A stretch of 64,000 nt of DNA, from NCBI GenBank assembly GCA_043228905.1, contig JBHGNT010000010.1:21514001-21578000 (forward strand), written 5' to 3'. Both the position numbers and the translations under genes were made by a program. Shown here piece after piece: positions 1 through 12,500 of this stretch; position 1 is the first letter of the stretch, and every line of letters begins with the position of its first letter. Below the pieces are notes generated by a model. That model was not told the origin of the DNA. It ran no database searches and worked only from the letters and a program-made list of their open reading frames with translations. This DNA is from Azolla caroliniana (Eukaryota > Plantae > Polypodiophyta).

Positions 1-850
1 ATCATGATTAGTGCACTCTCTATTTGTGTCCACATGTACATAGGTTGACGAGGTTCGTTGTCCATAATGATTCTTCTACAATCATGGGGCTGGCTACCAA
101 TTCAACACAGACAATCTCGCGTTTGGTTGATGCTTTACAATGTATCATCCATGGCAACATCATGAGTAGTGGGCTCTCCATTCATGTATACTTGTACATG
201 GGACGTTTGGATCCCATATAGATACATTTGTGTGCAAGGGCAAGATGACCATAATATTAAATAACCATATTTTGGTGTGGACCTCTTGGGAGTGTGCTTT
301 GCAAAACTGTTGGTCTAACATTGTTATGCATTGTATATCCTCAAGCGAGTTCATCTTTGAAGGTGTGGGTCATAGAGAAACTCCCACTAGTAAATGCAAC
401 TCGTAGATATAGATAGAATTTAGAATCTACTACTTCAGCTTGCCCTCGTGATAGGCCGAGGACAACTTGTTGATGAGTTGGTGCAAATGTGAACAAGCTT
501 ATAGCCTTGGTCTTTCCTAAGTTTAATGTGAGCCCTTTTTCGTCACATCAACCATGTATGGCATTGAGATTTTGTAAACATGAAAGATATTCAAAGACAC
601 AAAGAAGAATGTGAACAAGTGTACCTCATTTGTCACTTCCCTCTCCACGTCGATGTATGATTCAATTAACTAGCTTGTCAATGAAGATTCCAAAGAAGGC
701 AGTGGAATGTGGGGATCCTTGATGCATATTGATGGCTCTTGTAATTACATTTAAAAGCCCCCATAGAAACTTGACTATTCTCGATCATATAATGCACATA
801 TAACCCACGTCATGTATAGGGAAATGTTTAGTGCATGACTTGTAGGAGTG
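1..850 (-). mobile_element. Degenerate non-LTR retrotransposon (LINE, RTE-like) reverse transcriptase remnant
   Basis: Minus-strand fragments QGSPHSTAFFGIFIDKL (~670-721, cf. RT motif QGCPLSPTLFGxFID) and KGLTLNLGKTKA (~503-539), broken by stops and frameshifts. Boundaries approximate. Confidence 0.6.
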
Positions 851-2659
851 AGAAATAACTGAGGAGAAATAGCGGATAGATTCTAATTTGCATGTATTAT
901 GTCAATAGTTTCTAATTTTGACTAATATTGAGATGTTAATGTTTTAAGAGATATTAAAACACATTTTACATTATGGGATTGAGCCCATTGTTGGATTAAA
1001 CAAACTTAAGGTATTTTAACTTTTGAGGGTGATGTTTTTGTTATTGGTGTGCGAAACAACAATCCATTGAGAGGGAGTTAGAGGAATGGATTTATACTAC
1101 AAGAACAAGCGAACTCAAGTTCTCTTCAATTTAAATATTCCATGACACGACGTAAAAGGGTACTTTATTAGAGAGAGAGAACCAATGTTGAAAAACTTGT
1201 GTGAAAGGGAACACAATCTAGAAATGGGATGGGAAGGAAGATTGTCTCCTATCATCATTACGTGTTTGATATGAAATTCTAGCCCCTATAAGAATGAAGA
1301 GTAGGAGTCCTCAAGTTGTTTGGGATATATAGTTGATAACATAAAGAAGAACAATGCCGAGGATCCTCATCAATAAGACCTACACCTAGTTTCTTACGAT
1401 GTAATATGATAAGCATATGTATAATTTTTTGTTCTAGATATGGTCAAGCTAGTATAATATTACCATAAAGAAGATTATGTCTCTCATTCTATCACAAAGT
1501 GTAATGAAGGGGGCGAAATATAAACATTTTCATTGTTATGCTTTAACATTGTGGCTAGAAACTATGTTAGAATAGTTGAGAAAATGAATGTGCTATCTCA
1601 TTTTCGAATCCACAAGATGGAGAAAGTACATCCTTTGTTTTGCATGAAGTTGAATTGCACCATTGATTCTAAATGTTGACCATGGGCAGTGTGCTCCTTA
1701 CCTTCTCAACAACCAATTCAATTGTACATAAGAAATGATGACATAATGAACAATCATGCTTTTGCAACTTTTTAGGAACTGTGAGAAACTTCATGAACTT
1801 GTAGAGAACTTATGACCATGTTCATGAGAAAACGTAAGTTGCACAAATGTATGTTAAGACTCACATTCAATGTTTGTACATTACGCGCCTTCACGAAATG
1901 TTCCACATCTTTATCTACCAACATATTAAAGTTTATGAAGTCAATATTTTTGTGTTGTTCATCGCTCAAAGTAGACAATTATTACTTTGTTGGTGTGGTG
2001 GTGAGCGTAAAGGAACTATATTAATGGAGAATGTTAATTACATGAGCTTCCATTTATGATAAACCATCCACTTGACAAATCGTGCAATACTAACATTATG
2101 CAACCGAACATGTGTGTCGAATGATTGGGAAATTACGTGTGCAGATTATATGTTCTAACACTAATAGAGAAACCGAAATGAATGCATAACTTGTTTTAGG
2201 AGAATATGAATACATGCTATTTTGTTGAAAAAGTGTCAATGTAGAGAGACGCATTAAAAGCCATAATTAGATGACATTTGGGATGGACACATGGGTATAT
2301 TTTTCACGTCCATGGGAGACCAGTCGCAATTTGTGATCAACGAGACTGATTGCAATTTGAAATCTATTAGAAAATCAAGGAACGAACTTGGTTTCTCTCG
2401 ACTTTACGAAATTGATACTATGTTGTAGATCGCCAAGCCAACGACTAGAGAGTAATTGCTCGTTTAATGTTGAATGAAGACAAGGATGATAATATGTGGT
2501 TTACTGAATCCCATCGTTATGTTGCTGCTTGCAGATGTCCCAATTGTTTGTGTGTTATAACTTATATGTTCGCATGTAAAGAATAAGGATGATGATTACA
2601 CGTTACAACTAGTGTTCACAAAGATACACGGAAGGGTGGTGGTGGTTCTATATGAATGC

Positions 2660-2689
2660 ATCCTCATCCTCATCATCATCATCATCATC

Positions 2690-2720
<31 letters not shown>

Positions 2721-2892
2721 CATCATCGTGATCTTGGGTTTGTTAAAAAGAAGAAGAAATAAACGAGAAGGAAAAGAACTGACTTGTGGATAAGAAGGCC
2801 TCCGTGTGAAACGGACGCTTGCCCCCCCCCCCCCTCCCCTTTTCTCTGTGGCACGAAGAAGGGGCGTGGCAGGCGAATCTTCTGCTGACGTC

Positions 2893-2940
<48 letters not shown>
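2660..2940. repeat. Simple repeats upstream of eIF2B-beta: (CAT)n/(CATT)n, poly-C and (CT)n
   Basis: Directly visible at ~2660-2726, 2822-2834 and 2898-2940. A TGACGTCA bZIP-type palindrome lies at 2886-2893. Confidence 0.9.
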
Positions 2941-2946
<6 letters not shown>

Positions 2947-3218
2947 AAACAAAGCAAAAAGAAAGAAATAACGCACTTGCAGAGAAAGCAGAAGACGCGG
3001 CCATGGTGGCATCCGACCAGGTAACAGAGAAAACTGTTCCTCTCTCTGATCACTTTCATTTCACTCCCGTGCTCTCTTCTCCTTCTCCTGCACAGACAGT
3101 TAACCCCTGCACTCTTATTTATTTTTGCTTCATTTCTTTGTCTGTTCGGCGATGCATCGCACTAGCTGAAATGAGTTCCCCATACATTGGTCGGCCGTTT
3201 CGAGTTCCTTGTATTCTG

Positions 3219-3226
3219 AAACCCTA
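3219..3226 (+). promoter_or_regulatory. Telo-box AAACCCTA in the putative leader intron of eIF2B-beta
   Basis: Exact motif. Telo-boxes are commonly found near plant translation-machinery genes; function here is inferred. Confidence 0.4.
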
Positions 3227-3525
3227 GAAATCGTTTTTTTACTTTTATTTTTAACGATGAACTCTTTCCTCTTGATATGAGCATTCTCTTCTTGTCCTGA
3301 ATTGGGCCGTTTCGTCTTTACTTGAACAGTTTCTTCTTGTGTTGGACCGCTTAGTCTGGACATGGCTCCTCCCGTGAACATTCTGCATCTGATCATGGTG
3401 GATGCAGCGGGAAATTTCCTGGAGGCAATGGAAACTAAAGAAGAGACCTGTGGATGAATATTATTATTGCGTCTGTCCTTTTGTTCCTCCGTGTCTGGTT
3501 GTCTAGCTCTGGTACAGTAGCTTCG

Positions 3526-6500
3526 ATGCCGGATCACCACGCAGCTGTGGATGACTTCGTATACAAGTTAAAACGCAGGTAATTCATGTTTTTCATCAAC
3601 CTATGCGTTTCCTTTTTGTTCACGGCTTCACGTGGACGGTCAGGGGCTGGTGATTCCTTCATATCATGACTCATCAACTGCTTTTCAAAGTTAAAGGCAC
3701 ATGTATTGCGCCATCTCATGATACAATATCCTTTAGTTTTTCCATTGCATGTCATATCTCTTCGTATGCGTTGGTTCTGTTTTCCATTTCATGTGTTGCA
3801 TTATCTTGGTTACCTATATTGACCAGAAGGTCCTAAGACTTGCTTGTTCTTGGAAAAGGCACTGGAAAATAATTTGAAACCCCAACACTACCTGAACAGT
3901 TTCAAATGGAATAAGTGCCTCACTGTTGAAAAGTATTAAGATTTGCATGTTCCAACGTTTATTGAAATAAGTTGAAATCTTAAGTACAGCTGCACAGTCT
4001 CTGTAGGTAGTGTCAGTCTATTGGATGGATGTTTTTCTATTTTCATCTCTCTTAATTTATATATGCTTAAAAAATAGGTAATCCTGATCTAAGCTACAAC
4101 ATCAGTAGGTTATGCAGAAGTGGCCTAGTTCCTGTTGATAGGAAATATGTACCTTCAAGGATTGTGCTTTTGTTCAATGAAAAGTCAAGAAACATTTGCA
4201 ATCACCAGTGTTCTAAATTGTGGTTCTTTCGTCATCATAGTTCTTTCAAAATTTGCTTTTTGATGCATTGAATATGTCCTAGTTTTTACAAAATCTTAGA
4301 TATTGGTAGATGGTAGGCTTAGGAGTGCTAGGCATGTGGGAGTTAATTTAGTCAGGTCAATTTCACAGGATTCATTATATGATTAGTCTCTTAACCTTTT
4401 GAACATGTGCTTAGATTTATAGACTGTTGATAGAGTTTCTGCTGTATTCTTGTACTTCATATTCTATTGACTGAGGCAGGGATTTTCCTTTTAAATATTC
4501 TTAAAATAACACATGAGTTAGTCAGTTGCTCATTTTAGAATTCCCAATATTTTTTTGATATCTCTGAAACTTTGAAAAGTGCTACTCTCTAGAGCATTAA
4601 TGCACACTAAGACAGTAATTCTAAGCGATATTGCTGTAATAGTGTTCATCTACACATTTCAGGCAAGTCGAGGGATCTTTAGATACTGCAAGGCTAACAG
4701 CAGTCTTACTGAGACAAGTGATTTCGCAAAAGCGGCTCACGCTTTCAGCACCAGCTGCAACTCTGATTGAGGCTGTGAAGTCTGTTGGATTGCGCATTAT
4801 TGCTGCTAATCCCATTGGTATGTATTAATTTCTAAGATTCTTGCCTCTAGGTATATGTTCTCCCAAAATCATCGGAGAAATGATATTTCCCTTTCTCGAA
4901 CTCATCACTTACTAATCTTGCAAGGAATCTGTCATTAGCTTTAAGCAGTCCATACTGCTTATATTAGCTTTTTGCTTTTAAGAGAATGGTTGTTGATTAA
5001 TTTTCCTGATATAAGATGTTCATTACACCTTCGTCTCTAGTTCATCCTTACAGTATATATCTGAAAAATCTGGTAATCAATCGAATTATTGTAAATGTTA
5101 TTACCTGAATATCAATGACCTAGATTCTTATTGAGGTGATGCATAAATTAGAGTGTGTACCCTTGTTAGGCACTTGAGGTAATTATTGCACTTATAGTTT
5201 GTGTGCACAAAACCCCTTTTCTCATATATTCATGCAGGTTTTTCATTTCCTTGGGCATTGCAATCAAAGTTTGTATTATAGGAGGGGTTTAGAAGGAAAG
5301 TAGGAATACAACAAGGGACTTGTAGTGCCTCTATATACGAAAATCATGCAGATGAGAAGATAGTTGCTAATGAAAGATCTGCGAAAGGACATCAGCAGCA
5401 TCACATCTTAGACAATATTTTGTATCTCATCTTACCCTGATGTTGAAATGTACTGTTAAATTTTTGAGAATCACATGACACCTGCTGGGTCTCGTGCTTG
5501 CAACTCAGCTGTTGTGTACAATCAGGTTCAAATGCCAGATTTTAGTATCTGTCGACAGGGATGTTCAACTAAACGTTCATAAAGCTCATAAATGCAAGTT
5601 GATCCTCAGTCACTATCAGGGCAACTTACAGTTTTGCACAGATAATGACAGGTCATAGTCCAGGTCAATGTGTTGCTTCAAAATATCTGAGAGTTCAATG
5701 TATGATTCATGGAAGGATGCTGCTAAGGCCATTTACTGTGTCTTTGCACAATAGTATTGTGAACTGTTGTTGCATAAGATTATAGTAAACCTATATTTTG
5801 AAAATGCTTCATTTTAGCATCTAAGTGCATATTACTGTTAAAAGAAATTCAAATATTTTGCAGAGAATAGAAATGAATGCTTGCAATAAAAATTGATACA
5901 TCTGTAGTAGTTTGCTTTTCGTGTAGTTTTATATTTCACATTCAAGATATGAGTGGGGATGGCATATGAGCGTATTTAATTTGGTACTCATACTGGGAGC
6001 TATTGCATGCTTGCAATACCATCTGCGATCATGTATTGCTGCTTAAATTGCATGGTTGTTGGTTTTTGTATGTACACAATTTTCTTTTCTATTTCCCTCT
6101 TCCCATGTGTCATGCTTTTGAACTTCCTTGCATGGTGGTTGATTTTTTGTTTGTATCTGTTTTTGCTTCTATTTGTTTCTAAAGCTAGATATCCTCATTG
6201 TGGAAGGTATTTATAATGTGTATTCATAGAACATTTTAAGCCTCTGTGTGTGTGTTAATAGGTCATGGATATATTTTATATGGTTATTAACTTGAATTAT
6301 TTATTTATTATTTTTCTAATCATATAATGACTATAAATTGGAGTCATTATTTATTTGATAAATGATAGCACTCGACTTTCCATTTCTTGGTCTATATCCA
6401 ACATGCCTATTGATAAATAGAAGAAACAAGGATAAGAGTATAATGTAGAAAGAATGATGGATAAGTTTTATAATAATGCTTTTGGAGTATTATATTGTGT

Positions 6501-9500
6501 TAATGTGCAAGTGCAAGGGTTTGCACGTTCATCAGCTGGGTAGGCAGATAAAACACTTCTAGTATCTCCTCGCATTTGGCATTTGCATCAGTTTCAAATA
6601 TATAATGCAGGTTTAATATTTTGTGTTTGTGTGATGTGTCAGGTTCCCCTAGATGGCAGATGAACCCCACCTCATTTTATTTATACAACATTTACCATTT
6701 TTTGAGATAATTATACATTTTCAGAATATTTCTCTTTGAAGGTCTTCCTCTTATGGGCAACTTTGTTTCTGTACAGAGCTTACTGTGGGGAATGTTGTGC
6801 GGCGTGTGCTGCATATTATCAGGGAGGAAGAAGCATCATTGGAAACAAAAGTAATGACTGAGGTTAGCAGTGCAGTTGAGAGCGACGATGAGAAGGAAGA
6901 TAAAACAGCTGGCTTTTCTGCAGCTGTGGTTGTTGCTGCCAATAGAACTGTAATGAGGACCCCATCATTGCATAACCTACTTGAATCTCTACCACCTGAT
7001 GTGGCCACAAATTTGCAAGCATCATCTACTGGTGATTCAGAGGGAAAAAGCAAATGTAAGCAGATATTGCATTTTTTCTAGGCTCATATATCAGTGTGTG
7101 ACATATTGTAGAGATGATTATTGAGGCTTGCTATGCTTGAACAGCTGGTGACAAGACCTCAAAAATTTGGAAGCTGAAACACAATGTGATTGAGGGGATC
7201 AATGAACTATTGCAAGAGATTGATAATTATCATGCTCAGGTGGCAGAACAAGCTCTTCAGCACATACATCAAAAGTATGTCTTTAAAAGGAATAAATGTC
7301 TTCCATTTTTCCTTAAAAAACGTGCATGAAGGGAGCATTTAGTAATATGATCCATTGACTTTGACAGTGAAGTCATATTGACATTGGGAAGGTCACGTGC
7401 ACTTCTTCAATTTCTTCTTGAAGCTAAGAAGAAAAGAACCTTTGAGGTTTTTGTTGCTGAAGGTGCACCAAGGTACCATTTTACAATCATTTTAATAACT
7501 TGCACGGATATTCATGGAGTCTCCTTCTGAGGGAATAACTCTCAATTATGTTTTTGTAGAAAATGCAGGGATATTAGATAAACTCTCACACAGCAAGATA
7601 ACTTAGAAGACTTAAGGAAAAATCAGTAGATTAGGAAAAACGAGCTTCTTTATTTCAAAGATGTAGAATGGTTTATATAACCAATATCTACAAGTAGGTG
7701 GAAACCCAACGGTCGCTTAATTAGGTAACTATGTTTTGACCTAACAGTCACTTAACTAGGTTCACACTATTCTAAGTATGTTTACACCCAACAATTACGT
7801 AACTAAGTTCACACTATTCTAATTGTGTTCACACCAAACTTTCATAGGATACACATTAAGCGTAACAAACCCCCTGAAGTGAATGGTGTGAACTTGAATG
7901 TCATCACCATCTTGGTGTTGGAAGAATGCCCAGTTCCTTGTGAAAATATTCAAACTTTTCTCTTGATAGAGTCTTTGTAAAAATGTTTGCAACATTTTCA
8001 CGAGTTTGTACGTAGGCCAAGTTTATCTCTTGAGCATGGAACTGCTACTTCATATAATGATAGTCCACCTCAATGTGTTTTGTTCGTGCATGGAAGACAA
8101 GTTTATCTTTGTAGCATGGAACTACTCCTTCATATAATGATAGTCCACCTCAATGTGTTTCGTTCTTGCAATTGCCAAGACACTTTGACTATATGCAAAT
8201 ATACAAGTAGGAGATGGTTGCTCAAGTGACAAGTCGGACAATAATCTCCTCAGCCAAACACACTCTACTATAGCGCTGAATGCTGCCCTATATTCAGCTT
8301 CACAACTTGATGTTGCCACTGTTGGCTGATTCTTGCTGAGCCAGGAAACACAGGAATTGCGTATCATGAACAATTGCCACTATGTGAGACACGAGTGGTG
8401 TCGCAGCCAGCCTGATCATTGTTAGTGAAGGTTGTTAAAGTAGATGAATTGCCTTCTCCATAGAAGAGGCTGAAATCCATAGTGCCTTTGAGGTAATGGA
8501 AAACCCACTTAGCTGGTTGCCAATGCTTTGCTCCAGGGCTGTGCATAAACCTGCTTAAGTGCAAAACTGCATATTGAATGTCAGGTTGCGTGTTGCATAA
8601 AAATATCAAACAAGATATAGCTTGCTGGTATAAGAATGCATGAGTTGGTTCTCCTTTGTCTTTAATTGAGAATTTGAAACTTGCTTCTACAGAAGTGGAG
8701 TTTGGCTTGCACTCTTCAAACCTAAATTGTCGTAGGAGCTTCTTGATGTACTTTCTTGGACTAAAAAAAGTTTCCCCTCAACAGTAATAAATTGAACGCT
8801 GAGGTAGTAATGGAGATGACCAAGGTTTGTCACCTCAAATGTCCTACAAATATCAGCTTTGAAATTTGCAATTTGTTGCTCATCAGGTCCTGTGATCAGC
8901 AAATCATCAACATAAAGCACAACAATTAATGAAATTTCTCCATCCTTTCAAACATAGAGTGCTTTTGGTTAGGCTGTTCACAAAACCCAGTTGACGAAGA
9001 TGAGCATGGATCACATGGATCTTTGTATTCCATGCTCAAGGTGCTTGCATCAAGCCGTAGAAAGCTTTAAGTCTTTGCATTCCATTTAGGGACTGTTCTT
9101 GTTTGCTTAGAAGAGGCTTGCTCTTCCTCCAATTCCATGTCAACATCATGGTGATTAATGACTTGTAAAATCAGAATTATTATCAACAATGTTTGGTTGC
9201 TCATTTTCAACCACATTGGGCTGTTGCAAGAGATCAATTTGAGCATTGTTGGGCTGCTTAACATCTCTGTTTGGAGCATCCTGTTACTGATGCAAAACTT
9301 GTAGATTACCTCCATAAGGTTGGGTTAGTTGATCACCTTCAAACACAACATTTTGGAGCAATGGTAACAAAGAGTCAAATGCATTTGATTGATCAAGAAT
9401 TGGCTCTTTGGAGCAATCCACAAGTGGTTGAGCTGCATTTTCAGCAAATATCACGTCCCGACGGATGATGATCTTACTGTTAGTGGGCTAAAAAGCATTT

Positions 9501-12500
9501 TGTTAATTTGTCTTGAAGCTTATGGCGCTGTTGTGGTGGCACAAATGCATAAGTCAAGCTTCCAAGTATTCTCATGTGACCAACAATTGGCTTGTGACCC
9601 TTCCAAGCCTCATATGGAGTGATAGTTTTTATTGCTTTTGTGGGGCATCTATTTAAAACATAATTTGCACACATTACAGCGTCCAACCAAAACTTTTGAG
9701 GTAGGTTCTTACCATTGATCATTCATCTTACCAACTCCATGAGAGATCTATTCTTTCTCTCAGCCAACCCATTTTGTTGTGGTGTGTATGGAGTGGTGCA
9801 TTAATGGATAATGCCGTTGTCCTTCAAGAAAACATTGAACTCTCAAGACACATACACACTCTCTCTATCGGTGTATAGAGTAATGAGTTTGTGACCGCTA
9901 AGATTTTCAGCAAGGTGTAAGAATTCTTTGAAACATGAAAAGACATTGGATTTCTCCTTCAAAGGATATACCCAAGTGTGTCGGGTAACATCATCCATGA
10001 ATGTAAGAAAATAATGATAACCTCCAATTGATGGTGTTCTCATTGGGCCGCATACATCACTATGTACAAGTTGAAGCTCGTGCTGCAAAAACATTTGCAT
10101 CTTTTGGAAATGAAAGTCCGTGCATCTTTCCTAGAATACAACCCATAATAACACGATTACATGGTACATAAATGGAAGGAAGATTGCATACCATATCTTG
10201 CTTACTAAGCCGTCAATAACTGTGGTTTAACGGTTATTTATTTATTTTATTTGTAAATTTAAAAGAAAAACTGTTTTTAAACAATCTTTTCATTTTCAAG
10301 CCTTATTCTCACATTTTAGGAAAATCTTTAAAATTTTGAAAATTTAAAATTTGAATTTTGACCTACATTGAAAACCGAAACCGAACCATGAAACCACGGT
10401 TTTAATAGTTTAATGGTTTAACGGTTTTGTGGTTTGGTTCAAGTTTCAAAAATTTTAAAAGGTTCGGTTTCGAATTGGTTCTGTTTTGACACTCTCGACC
10501 TGAACCAAACCGTTGCCGATTGCTATAAGCCGTGCAAGGTTGCTGAAAGTTAAATGGTCGAATCAAGCATGCCATAGTTCAGAATTGGTTTGTGTTTGGG
10601 CATCCACCGCTAATGCATTTTAGTCATCAAATTTCTGATATATGTCAAGTTTGTAAAGGTTTTTGATCAAACTACCTACTATGACAATGATATCTCCCTT
10701 TGTACGATCATGTACTGTCCATTTGTCATTGAGAAAATGGACAATATATCCATGAATAGCAATGGCGGAAATTGAAAGAAGGTTTTCTTTATGCCAAGGA
10801 CATAGAGATCATTGCTCAAGGTGACTACATCCCTGTTGACGCATGTAATATGAACTTGACCAATGCCTTAGATGATGTAAGAAGCATTATTGGCACAAGT
10901 AATTGTCCTTGCCTTACGTCAACCATCTTCAAGTGTGACAAAGAACACTAAGACCGACATGTTTTTTCTTCTCTTCATCAGCTTTCCTCTTTCGACATTC
11001 ACTAACGTCATGGCCTAGTTTACGACAATAATTGCACCTTTTCTTCTTCTCATCATGGGAGGTTGAGGCATCATTGATTTTAGAAGGAAGGTTGTTTTGT
11101 TTTTGTCCTTGTTGGCATTTGAATTTGGAAGAGGTAACAACAACTTGATAATCACTATTAAGAACATCCCAATTTTGCTTGTGATTGAGATTCCGGTAAG
11201 AGAAGGGAGATTAGCTCATCAAAGCTTAAGTTCTTTTTACCTCTTATAAGAAGCCTTATTGTTGCGGTGAAGCCTTGATATGAATCAGGAAAAGTGGCAA
11301 GAACTGTTTGTCTAAAATTAGGAAACTAAATGTTTGTCTAAAATCACTTCATCAATGTCAAATAGTTGTTCCTTGAGGTCTTTGATCTTTGTCAAGAATG
11401 TGTCCATGGATTCATCTTCTACATCCTTGTCTCGTCAAGTTGCCGCTTGAGCATAATATGTCTTGCTTCATTCCTTTGAGCGTATAGGTTCTTTAACACA
11501 TCCCAAGCTCTTTTGGAGGCGGTGCAAGATCGGATATGTGGAACAATGTGAGGTTTGACTGATAATGCAATGAGAGCATTGGCTTGAGCATCCTTACTAT
11601 CCCACTTAAGTTGTGAAGCAGTGGATTAATGATGGGAGCTTGAAGCATTATTTGCATCAGTTGTTCCTGAAGGGGAGGGAGTGTTTGGAGAAGAACTTGA
11701 AGCTTGTTCATCAAATCTGATTACAGTGTCCCATAGCTACTTTGCAACCAATACATGTCTCATCATGCACCCCCACATAGGATAGTTTGCACTACTCAAC
11801 TTGTCATCAACATTAAGCATACCAAAAATATTAGTTTGCTAAGCCATTGCCAAAATATGGTTGAGATATTGCAGTACTTGGTGGTTTTGTTCACGAAAAT
11901 GTCCCAAACAATATAATATTGAAGAATAGTATAAGCGATGGGCTGAAAGAAATTGAGAAGAGTTATTGTGCTCTATTGGAAACTGGTTTTTCTATGGTAA
12001 AAACTGGTTGCTGCAGTTGCTTTGCAGTTAGGGTTTGAGACTGCTGCAAAATTAGTTTTGATTGTACCTCTAGAACCAAAAATCCAATTTGGGCATGCAA
12101 GTTGTCAAAAGAATCAGCTTGAAATCTACTTTGTGAAAGTGTGAAAATGGAAAACAAATTCCTCTGTTGCAATATTCTGCTGTTCAAACTTTTCGTCTGT
12201 GAGGATGGAGAGGTATGGCATCTTTTTAGAAGGGAATAGATAAAGAGGAAGATTTTGTATGCCTTTTAGGAAAAATAGGATAGAAAAAGTAGCTGAAACC
12301 TGCCTTGATACCATTTGTAGAAAATGCAGGGATCTTAGATTAACTCTCACACAACAAGATCACTTAGATTAAAATCAGTAGATTTGGAAAAACGAGATTC
12401 TTTATTACAAAGATGTAGAGTGGTTTATGTAACCAATATCTACAGGTAGGTGGAAACCCAACAATCACTTAGTTAGGTTCACATTATTCAAACTATGTTC

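Noticed and set aside
2709-3059. ORFs with ERERER/SLSLSL/HTHTHT runs here and at 18720, 28281 and 33836
   Set aside because: Translations of (CT)n/(CA)n microsatellites.
3365-3415. Superficial resemblance to a TPP riboswitch 3' half (CCCGTGAAC..CTGATC..ATGCAGCGGGAA)
   Set aside because: No CTGAGA motif or P2/P3 arm, the spacing is wrong, and the gene is unrelated to thiamine metabolism.
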